Positions 45,756 to 53,155 of a DNA stretch of 64,000 nt are shown here, piece after piece (the first letter of the stretch is position 1; every line of letters begins with the position of its first letter). The DNA is from Acidimicrobiia bacterium (GTDB lineage Bacteria; Actinomycetota; Acidimicrobiia; Acidimicrobiales; JANYDT01). A program made the translations under genes and the position numbers. The stretch covers positions 35,480-99,479 of the forward strand of contig JAYSSK010000069.1 in assembly GCA_043720595.1 (NCBI GenBank). Direction: 5' to 3'. The notes under the pieces are model-generated. The model worked only from the letters and a program-made list of their open reading frames with translations, did no database searches and was not told where the DNA came from.

Positions 45756-47003
45756 TCGAACAGCCTACGCGTCGGCGAGAATGAGCATGGAATGCCCTTG
45801 CCGTTGAACCCCAAAGCCAATATTCTTCCCGCCGACCAGTCCACCATCCGGTGGAATTTTCCTCTGTTCACTGACGTGTCGACCCTTGGCAAGCTGGTTC
45901 GTCCGCCAGAGTTGGACCCCAGCACGCGCGCCCGAAACAAGGCCAGGGGCTCTTTGTTCGAAGTACTCGTCGACCAGATTGCATTGCGACTAGATGACCG
46001 GCCGGTTTATGTCCAGTTTTCTGGCGGGTGTGACTCATCGCTTGTTTTGTCAGCAGCGGTGGTTGCCTGCGATCGAACCGACCACGATGCTCCGGTCCCA
46101 CTGACCTTCCGCTACCCGCTGCTTCCGGAGACCGATGAGAACGATTTCCAGAGCCTGATGCTCGAATTCCTCAAGCTCGGGCCTGGGCACCGCGAAATAG
46201 TCACCACCGAGTTCGACCTCCTTGGCCCTGCAGCACAGAGGGGACTCAACGAGCTGGGTGTCGTGTGGCCGGCGCCTGTGGTTGCTTGCTCGGATGTCTT
46301 CCGATCGATCCCCCCGGGGTTGGTTCTCTCCGGCGAGGGCGGCGATGAAGTGATGGGGCCTCGTCGTATCGCCGGGGTCTTTCGAGCGGCGGAAATGCTC
46401 AGACGGGGACAGCTCAAGGCTACCGCAGGAAACTTGGCGCATGCGGTCGGGCCCTCGATTGTGAGGCGGAGGGCAATGCTGAAAGGTGGAGGAATGGTTG
46501 GGGAATGGATCGAGGCCGAAGAGGCGAAACGATTCGTTCGGCGAATCGGTGAGACGTATGGCCGGGAACCACTCCGAAGCAGCCGTTACGCCTCGTACTA
46601 TGCACAACTTTCAAGTTCAACGCTTGCGCTCCACCAAATCACAGCAATCATGCATTGGGCTGGCCAGCAGTATTGCGCGCCGTTGATGGACCCGAGCTTC
46701 GTGGCTGCGGTGAACGACCTCACTCCGGACTATGACCTCCGGAATCGTCATCGTGTGCTCCGGCGTCACTTCGCGGAGCATCTTCCAGTGGAGATACTCC
46801 GGCGGACGGACAAGCGCTACATGCAGTCCGTCTACTTCAACGACCATGCGCGCGAATTTGCCCGTCACTGGGACGGGCAAATCGAAGACGACGCTATAAA
46901 CGGCAAGCTACTCAAGAACCATTGGTTGACTGCTAATCCGCACGAAGTCTGGTCGCAGACCTTCTTGCTGCTGCAGGCAGTTTGGTTGGCCTCGACGCGT
47001 TGA
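45744..47003 (+). CDS. Asparagine-synthetase-like ATP-dependent lasso cyclase (C protein), lacking the N-terminal domain
   Basis: PP-loop VYVQFSGGCDSSLVL lies only about 90 aa into the ORF. LVLSGEGGDEVMG follows downstream. The true start is probably downstream of 45755 (for example Met at 45792), because 45744 overlaps the divergent pqqD start. Confidence 0.7.
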   Translation: MFKHSNSLRVGENEHGMPLPLNPKANILPADQSTIRWNFPLFTDVSTLGKLVRPPELDPSTRARNKARGSLFEVLVDQIALRLDDRPVYVQFSGGCDSSLVLSAAVVACDRTDHDAPVPLTFRYPLLPETDENDFQSLMLEFLKLGPGHREIVTTEFDLLGPAAQRGLNELGVVWPAPVVACSDVFRSIPPGLVLSGEGGDEVMGPRRIAGVFRAAEMLRRGQLKATAGNLAHAVGPSIVRRRAMLKGGGMVGEWIEAEEAKRFVRRIGETYGREPLRSSRYASYYAQLSSSTLALHQITAIMHWAGQQYCAPLMDPSFVAAVNDLTPDYDLRNRHRVLRRHFAEHLPVEILRRTDKRYMQSVYFNDHAREFARHWDGQIEDDAINGKLLKNHWLTANPHEVWSQTFLLLQAVWLASTR

Positions 47004-47007
47004 GCTA

Positions 47008-47142
47008 TCAGGAGCTGGTAAGCGGCTGGCCTGCTGGGATGGCCTGGTCGGCGAAGGACTTCGGGCTAGCGGCGAGGGTGGTCTGAGCGACCGAGCCGAT
47101 TTCTTGAACGGCTGGGGCGGTGTATGGCTGCTTGGTTGACAT
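47008..47142 (-). CDS. Predicted lasso peptide precursor (44 aa): leader MSTKQPYTAPAVQEIGSVAQTTL / core AASPKSFADQAIPAGQPLTSS
   Basis: These are the last 44 codons of track ORF 47008..47628. ATG at 47142. The leader fits YxxPx(L/V)x3Gx5Tx with Thr at -2. The core has Ala1 and Asp9 (ring-forming pair as in paeninodin) and a C-terminal Ser. It is convergent with the cyclase, 4 bp apart. Confidence 0.7.
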   Translation of the reverse strand: MSTKQPYTAPAVQEIGSVAQTTLAASPKSFADQAIPAGQPLTSS

Positions 47143-47202
47143 ACCGGTATTCTGAAGGGCACAACGGGACAACGGTAATCGTCTGTTTCCCGTACGGGAG
47201 TA

Positions 47203-48213
47203 GTGGTGGATTACGTGAGTCGGTCGATCTGGGTGCACGGACTCCGGGTTCGGGCTGACTTCGGACTTCCCTGTCTGCGAGCCGCTGACGCGGTTCCAGA
47301 CTTGACGTTGCTCACCACGATCCATAAGTCTGGCCGGCCGGAGCCCGAGACCGTCCGAAGGCCGGAAGACCACGATCAACGAAGTGTCGGTGCTACCCGA
47401 CCGCTCTATGCCGACCGCAACATGCAGATCGCAGGAACCATCGATGGTCCAAGTGTTGTGGTTCGGTATGGCGCCGTCGGGGTGCAGTTCACCCTTGACG
47501 TTTCGCAGTCGCCAATCAGGGTCATCGCGGCTGCCGACCGGGATGAATGGCTTGAGTGGATCCCGGTTCTCGCTCAAGGAGCGATGCTCGCGGCCGCCGT
47601 GGAACTGCAAGGTCGAGCAGCGTTTCATGCGAACACAGTCGATGTTGATGGCGAGGGTGTGTTGATCGGGGGAGTATCCGGTGCTGGCAAGACCGTCGCA
47701 ACAGCCCTACTCATTCTCGCGGGCAACAGATTGGTGGCTGATGACGTCAGCGTGGTCGACCCCGAACTTCCTGTCCGACCTGGCCTGCTCGAGATGCGGA
47801 TCCGCACTTGGGAGAACGCTGTCGGCCAGATGCTGGTCGATGAACTCTCCAAAATGCCTGGAGCGACACAACGTTCAACGATTGATTGGCGTGTCGCAGT
47901 CCGCTCCGGCGGCGATCCGGACTACGAGGGGGTCATGCCCGCCCGCATCGTGTTGACGGTGGTCGACGACGACATCGACCGCCCACAACTTCACACCGTG
48001 TCCGGCTCCGAGGCGCTCACGGCCCTTCTTCCAGTGAAGCGGCTGGTTGGGTGGACGGATCCGGAACGGCTCCGGGCAGACTTTGGGCATTGCGCAGACC
48101 TTGCGGGGCGAATCCCGGTTCAACGCTTGGTGCTCCCCAAGCTCTCGAGCAACGATTCGGGCTGCATCCATCGCGTCGCGGACCAACTCGACCAACTCTT
48201 CAGGCACGCCTGA
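47203..48213 (+). CDS. HPr kinase-like (Hpr_kinase_C domain) putative kinase, paralog 2
   Basis: GTG start. AAFHANTVDVDGEGVLIGGVSGAGKTVATALLILAGNRLVADDV. Confidence 0.7.
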   Translation: MVDYVSRSIWVHGLRVRADFGLPCLRAADAVPDLTLLTTIHKSGRPEPETVRRPEDHDQRSVGATRPLYADRNMQIAGTIDGPSVVVRYGAVGVQFTLDVSQSPIRVIAAADRDEWLEWIPVLAQGAMLAAAVELQGRAAFHANTVDVDGEGVLIGGVSGAGKTVATALLILAGNRLVADDVSVVDPELPVRPGLLEMRIRTWENAVGQMLVDELSKMPGATQRSTIDWRVAVRSGGDPDYEGVMPARIVLTVVDDDIDRPQLHTVSGSEALTALLPVKRLVGWTDPERLRADFGHCADLAGRIPVQRLVLPKLSSNDSGCIHRVADQLDQLFRHA

Positions 48214-48279
48214 ATAAACCGAAAGTTCTTCGGAAAGCGCCTCTTCCTGAGTTGCCCGAATGTGCGCAAGCAACCAGGG

Positions 48280-48954
48280 TTACCCTGACGCGGTGCTTTC
48301 CGTCCAGCGCTGCACCGCCTGGTGGCGGTTTCGGACCCCCAATTTTCGATACAGGACGCGCTGCAGCGCCTCGACTGTTTTCGTTGTCACGTCGATTTCG
48401 GCGGCGATCGATTTGTTCCCTGCGCCCGTGCGCATGAGGTTGAGCAACTGCAATTCTCGGGGTGTCACCTGTGGCAACGAACCTTCGACGGAACTCTGCG
48501 ACACGGACAGAGCATCGAGCAATTGGGTGACGCTCCATCCGGGCACGCCGTTCATCACCGCAACGACTGCTTCGCGCACGGCCGAAAATCCGTGCGCTGG
48601 AGCCACGAGCCACATCACACCCTTTCGCAGCGCCTCGGATAGTTCGTTGGGTAGCTGTGATGCGGCGGTCACCAGCACGATGGGGTGACCCCTACGTACC
48701 ATTCGCAACGAAACGCCGAACCCGCTGTCCGCGTCGTCCAACAGCACGGTAATGCTGGCCTCCGTTGTTTTCGCAGAGGTGGCTCGCGTCGAGTGAGTTT
48801 CACCTGGCGTTCGGCGACGGGAGCCTTCGGGGACGACGATTGATCCAACACCCGGAAGGTCAGCTTCGTGCAGCAGCGTCGCCACGCCGAGTGCAATGAG
48901 TGGATTCGCACCGACAACAACCAGAGTTCTGCCGTTTACCGAGACCCTGGTCAT
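48280..48954 (-). CDS. LuxR-family transcriptional regulator with atypical receiver-like N-terminal domain
   Basis: C-terminal HTH VTPRELQLLNLMRTGAGNKSIAAEIDVTTKTVEALQRVLYRKLGV. Confidence 0.7.
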   Translation of the reverse strand: MTRVSVNGRTLVVVGANPLIALGVATLLHEADLPGVGSIVVPEGSRRRTPGETHSTRATSAKTTEASITVLLDDADSGFGVSLRMVRRGHPIVLVTAASQLPNELSEALRKGVMWLVAPAHGFSAVREAVVAVMNGVPGWSVTQLLDALSVSQSSVEGSLPQVTPRELQLLNLMRTGAGNKSIAAEIDVTTKTVEALQRVLYRKLGVRNRHQAVQRWTESTASG

Positions 48955-49592
48955 CGCATTCTTTCCCCGTCTGCAAGCATCGACGTTTTAGCCCGGCCGA
49001 CAGGTTCCCGGACGCGACGTTGTTCGCTACCCGAGATAGTTGCGGAGTTCAGAAGTCCTCTGGCACGGGCTGTCTCGACGGCCTGACCGGCAGTGTGGAC
49101 ACCCCACTTTTTGTAGAGCCGTCGTCGGTGGGTGGTCACAGTCGACTGACCGATTCCGAGCTCTCGTGCGAGCTCGACGTTGGACTTACCAGCTGCAATG
49201 CCGCGCACTATTGCGAGTTCGCGTTCCGTGGGTGGCATGACGGCTATTAACGGGGCGAGCCAAGGCTGCTTCGGCAAAACAGCCGAGGTGGTTGTCCCAC
49301 AGGCACTCTGGCTGGGCGTCGAAAGCTGTTTGGCCAGCCAAAGCAAAGGCTTAGTGGCCGGTGCCCGGTCCAGGTCGACGGGCGGAACCTGAGGGTGACG
49401 CAAATGAACTGCGGAAAGTGTTGCGCCGCGGCCCACGAGCACGTCGGGCTCGGAACCGCCTAGGAGGGATTCACATGATCCAACTGTCCACTCGCTAGCG
49501 ACCTGTATAGCAATGGTTGCACCGGCCTCGCGTAACACGGCGTGAATCGCCTCGTTCCACAGTGCAGTGGATTCGACCAGAGCGACCTTCAC
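48951..49592 (-). CDS. LuxR-family transcriptional regulator with degenerate receiver-like N-terminal domain
   Basis: PTERELAIVRGIAAGKSNVELARELGIGQSTVTTHRRRLYKKWGV. N-terminal KVALVESTALW...PDVLVGRG lacks the usual acidic pocket and phospho-Asp. 4-nt overlap with the downstream LuxR gene. Confidence 0.7.
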   Translation of the reverse strand: MKVALVESTALWNEAIHAVLREAGATIAIQVASEWTVGSCESLLGGSEPDVLVGRGATLSAVHLRHPQVPPVDLDRAPATKPLLWLAKQLSTPSQSACGTTTSAVLPKQPWLAPLIAVMPPTERELAIVRGIAAGKSNVELARELGIGQSTVTTHRRRLYKKWGVHTAGQAVETARARGLLNSATISGSEQRRVREPVGRAKTSMLADGERMR

Positions 49593-50808
49593 ACCCGGAG
49601 TTTTGCAGCTGTTGTGGACCCGTGAACGCGTTCACCACTACCTGCCCGATACATTTGAGATCGTGGAAGGTCCGATTGGCGCGTTGGTTGACCTCGCGCT
49701 CGAGCGTGGCCGCGATCACGGCGAGGGCTGGCTCGGGAGATTCGGACCGTCTTTGTTCGAAGCGGCTCACGAACATCGGCTCGTACCGATGCTCTGGGAC
49801 AAGTTGGCTGCGGTTCCGGGAGCGGACCGGCAACACATTGCTGCGTCAGACCTGCATGCCCGTCACCGATACCGAATCGCCGAAGAGGAACTTGTCCGGG
49901 TAGCCGCAATTGCAGCTTCTGTCGATGTGGAGATAGGGGTCGTTAAGGGAGTTATCAACGCCGAACGCTGGTTTGCACCGGACCCCTCTGTTCGCCCTTG
50001 TTCCGACATCGACTTGTTTCTCGATCCAGCCGATCCTGGCGGCACAGATCGCCTCCTTCGAGCACTGGAACCGGACAATGCCCTTTGCGGCCATGCGGGC
50101 CACCTCATGTCAATCGGGGTCCTACCCGACATCCCGGTCACCGGAGGCCGGCTGCTCGTGGAGATCCACGCAAACCCGATGACGCTGCGGCTGAGTCACA
50201 GCCGGCTGGATGCCGTTTGGCAATCTACGGTTCCGACCAAGACTCGCGCAGGGGCGTCCGTTCGATGCCTCGACACGACAACCGCATTGATACACGCGCT
50301 TATTAATTCGGCAAAAGATAACCACGCATACCTCCTGCAGGTGCTCGAAGTGGGGCGCGCACTTCAGGATCCTTTGGTCGATTGGGATCGATTCATGCAG
50401 ATTGTTCGCGACAATCGTTGGGACGCCGTGTTCGACGATGCCATCAGGTATGTGTGCGGCCTGCTGGGGCAGACTCCCCCGCCCGTCAAGCTGCAGCCAG
50501 AACCGCTAGCAGCATGGACCCTGCGCCGTCTCGCGCCTCAACAAGACCGGTTGGGTGGTCGGGTGTCGTGGAGGCGCGCACAACGGTTCTGCAAACTTGA
50601 CCTCGTTGTGCCCGGGACACGGACTCGGTCCGTCCGCGGGATTGTCACCCGTACCTTTTCGCCGGATGAGTACATAACTGCCTTCGCTCCCGATCTCACC
50701 GGACCGTATCCGCTACGTGCGGCACGGTTCTGGATGCGCCGCCAGCAATACGTCAAAGGCACTCGGTCGTCGCTAGCTGGCCCTCTCGCGTTGAAGCACA
50801 AGGGATGA
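49567..50808 (+). CDS. Nucleotidyltransferase-family protein (NTP_transf_5-like), putative lasso tailoring enzyme
   Basis: RPCSDIDLFLDPADPGG (GS/DxD-type NTase motif) within about 400 aa. The start is probably downstream of 49592, because the ORF 5' end overlaps the divergent LuxR gene. ATGA coupling to the ABC gene. Confidence 0.6.
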   Translation: MDSTRATFTPGVLQLLWTRERVHHYLPDTFEIVEGPIGALVDLALERGRDHGEGWLGRFGPSLFEAAHEHRLVPMLWDKLAAVPGADRQHIAASDLHARHRYRIAEEELVRVAAIAASVDVEIGVVKGVINAERWFAPDPSVRPCSDIDLFLDPADPGGTDRLLRALEPDNALCGHAGHLMSIGVLPDIPVTGGRLLVEIHANPMTLRLSHSRLDAVWQSTVPTKTRAGASVRCLDTTTALIHALINSAKDNHAYLLQVLEVGRALQDPLVDWDRFMQIVRDNRWDAVFDDAIRYVCGLLGQTPPPVKLQPEPLAAWTLRRLAPQQDRLGGRVSWRRAQRFCKLDLVVPGTRTRSVRGIVTRTFSPDEYITAFAPDLTGPYPLRAARFWMRRQQYVKGTRSSLAGPLALKHKG

Positions 50809-52646
50809 AGCCCATTCTGTCTGTTTGGCGATTGTTCGCCGGTCTTGGGACGAACCTGCGTCAGACCTACCGATTGGTGTGGGACGGTGCGCGTCCGCAG
50901 GTGCTCGTTGGCTTGGCGCTTGACCTTGTTTTGACACTCGCCACCATTGGTCAACTCGCGTTGGTGAAACGGTTGCTTTCTCAACTTCGAATCGGGGCGA
51001 GCGGCGGACAGTTCACGCGGCCGTTGATGCTCACAATTGTCGTGAGTGGCCTGCTCGCCGCGTCGGTCGCAGCAGTGGGCGCTGTCCAGATGTTCATCAG
51101 ACCGCTCGCAGTGGAGATGCTGACGCGTCACACATACGCGAAAGTGCTCCAGCGGCTGCGGACTGCGCCGCTTGAGCACTTCGACGAGCCGACATTTCAT
51201 GACAGGCTCGAACGGTTGTCGAAGGACGGTGTCGAACGGCCAGCGGAACTGGTGTGGGCTGCCTCGGGTTTGCTGGCGAGCATCATCGGGCTGGTCGGAA
51301 TTGGAGCCTTCGTTTCGACGATTCTTCCGGAGATCATGCCAATGGTTTTGATCGGTGCGGTACCGCTGCTCATTTCCAGTCGCGTTGATGCGCACGCTTA
51401 CTATCGGTATATAGAGGGTGTCGGAGCGGTGAGACGACGGACCCAGTATCTCCGAGACGTGCTGACGGAACGCAAGATGGCTCCTGAGCTGCAGGGTTAC
51501 GGGTTGCGACCAACCTTCGAAGCTCGTCACGAGGCACTGCAGCAGGAGCGGATCGATCGACTGGCCGCGATGGTCAAGGCCCGCTCCATCCGTTCCATCT
51601 TCACCGCGGCCGCCACCGTCATCGTCACGATTGCGGCGATGTCGCTCATTGCCTGGAAAGCAACCACAGGTGCACTGACGATCGATGAAGCGGTGGCAGT
51701 GGTCCTCGGTGTACAACAACTCACCTCTCGGATGTCCACCATGCGGTCCGCTCTTTCTGTGGTGCAGCAGAACCGTCTGTTTCTTGCCGACTTGTTTGGG
51801 TTCCTTTCCGACGAGCCAAAAGTATCGGCTCAGGACCCGGCCGGCCACGGTGACGCGGAATCCGAAAGGCCTCTCATGCCGACCGGTTCAATCGATCTGG
51901 ACGGCGTTGGTTTCCGCTACCCAGCTCAGACCCGAGATGCAGTCCAAGACGTCAGCCTTCACATCAACTCCGGGCAGGTCGTTGCCCTGGTCGGCGAAAA
52001 TGGTTCGGGAAAAACCACACTCGCGAAATTGATTGCCGGCCTCTATTCGCCCACGGCTGGCGCAGTATCGGTCGGCGGGGTCAATTTGGCTCGGCTCAGT
52101 GGCCCGAACCGCACGCGCCATGCCGTGACGGTCTTCCAGGACTTTGCGAGGTTTGCGCTGAGCGCACGTGACAACATCGCGCTGGGCGATGTGTCGAAGG
52201 GCGACGATCCTCGGCGCGTTCAGTCATCGATTGAAACTGCCGGACTCACTTCGGTGATTGATGCGCTCCCCCACGGCCTCGATACCATCTTGGCTGCCCA
52301 GTTCGACGGAGGTGTCGACCTCTCCTCAGGGCAATGGCAGCGGTTCGCTTTGGCCCGAGCGTTCTACCGGGATGCGCCCGTGCTGCTGTTGGACGAGCCG
52401 ACCGCCGCGTTAGACGCGCGGTCTGAATACCTGTTGTTCGAACGAGTGCGCGAAGTGGCCCGCGGACGTACGGTGATTCTGATTTCGCATCGGCTCGCCT
52501 CGGTGCGTGACGTAGACCGAATCATCGTGATGAAGAGCGGACGGATCGTCGAGACCGGTACCCATCACGAACTCATCGCAGCGGGCGGCCTATATGCCGA
52601 GCTGACCGACCTGCAGGAGCGAACCAGTTTGGCCAACCTCGATTGA
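50805..52646 (+). CDS. ABC transporter, fused permease/ATPase (McjD-like lasso peptide exporter)
   Basis: N-terminal 6-TM domain. LVGENGSGKTTLAKL (Walker A), LSSGQWQRFALARAF (signature), VLLLDEPTAALD (Walker B). Confidence 0.85.
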   Translation: MKPILSVWRLFAGLGTNLRQTYRLVWDGARPQVLVGLALDLVLTLATIGQLALVKRLLSQLRIGASGGQFTRPLMLTIVVSGLLAASVAAVGAVQMFIRPLAVEMLTRHTYAKVLQRLRTAPLEHFDEPTFHDRLERLSKDGVERPAELVWAASGLLASIIGLVGIGAFVSTILPEIMPMVLIGAVPLLISSRVDAHAYYRYIEGVGAVRRRTQYLRDVLTERKMAPELQGYGLRPTFEARHEALQQERIDRLAAMVKARSIRSIFTAAATVIVTIAAMSLIAWKATTGALTIDEAVAVVLGVQQLTSRMSTMRSALSVVQQNRLFLADLFGFLSDEPKVSAQDPAGHGDAESERPLMPTGSIDLDGVGFRYPAQTRDAVQDVSLHINSGQVVALVGENGSGKTTLAKLIAGLYSPTAGAVSVGGVNLARLSGPNRTRHAVTVFQDFARFALSARDNIALGDVSKGDDPRRVQSSIETAGLTSVIDALPHGLDTILAAQFDGGVDLSSGQWQRFALARAFYRDAPVLLLDEPTAALDARSEYLLFERVREVARGRTVILISHRLASVRDVDRIIVMKSGRIVETGTHHELIAAGGLYAELTDLQERTSLANLD

Positions 52647-52688
52647 CCATTGGTCGCCTTCGGGTATGACTGGTGGCGGAGCGGTGGC

Positions 52689-53132
52689 TTAGCGAGCGGT
52701 GGAGTCTGCTGTGGCTCGGTAGTTGGTTGACGCGTCGCCTGGTTGCGGGCGATCTTCGTACCGTTCGCCCGCGAGGACGGCTCGCATCGCCTTGCGGACG
52801 CGAATTGGGTCCAGCGGCTTGATGAGCCAGCCGTCGGCGTCGCACTTCTGCGCCAGGTAGGTGTCGGCGTTGCGATCGAGCAGCAGGATGATTGGGACCT
52901 CTGGCGACCGGCCACCCGAAGCCTCGAGGCGCAGGTCGTAGGTGACCGCAATGGCGCCCATGTCGGAGATCTGCATGTCGAGGATGACCAGGTCGGGTTC
53001 TTCGGTGGCAACCACGTCACGCACGGCCCGCCCGGCACTGACGCTGCGGATGACGGTGTCACCCCCGGGGATGGCAGCACGGATCTCGTCGTGGACCCAG
53101 GGGGCGTCGCTGCAGATCAAGACGGTGGGCAT
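52689..53132 (-). CDS. Stand-alone response-regulator receiver domain protein
   Basis: ORF trimmed to MPTVLICSDAPWVHDEI. PDLVILDMQISDMGAI (phospho-acceptor Asp) and GWLIKPLD (conserved Lys). Confidence 0.75.
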   Translation of the reverse strand: MPTVLICSDAPWVHDEIRAAIPGGDTVIRSVSAGRAVRDVVATEEPDLVILDMQISDMGAIAVTYDLRLEASGGRSPEVPIILLLDRNADTYLAQKCDADGWLIKPLDPIRVRKAMRAVLAGERYEDRPQPGDASTNYRATADSTAR

Positions 53133-53155
53133 GGCCGTCGAGAATAGCGCCCGGT

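Noticed and set aside
47143-47628. The upstream 162 codons of minus-strand ORF 47008..47628 (206 aa).
   Set aside because: This part lies antisense to the kinase-2 gene, which has clear HprK motifs, and its translation is Arg/Pro/Gly-rich shadow-like sequence. Only the last 44 codons (47008..47142) have a recognisable lasso-precursor signature.
50538-51848. 436-aa minus-strand ORF.
   Set aside because: It is antisense to the ABC transporter and nucleotidyltransferase genes. The translation is Arg/His/Gln-rich low-information sequence.
39444-52688. Possible genomic island integrated at tRNA-Pro, carrying the GH and lasso cluster.
   Set aside because: I found no integrase or recombinase gene, no direct repeat of the tRNA 3' end at the distal boundary, and no obvious GC shift by eye. 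This cannot be supported from the sequence.
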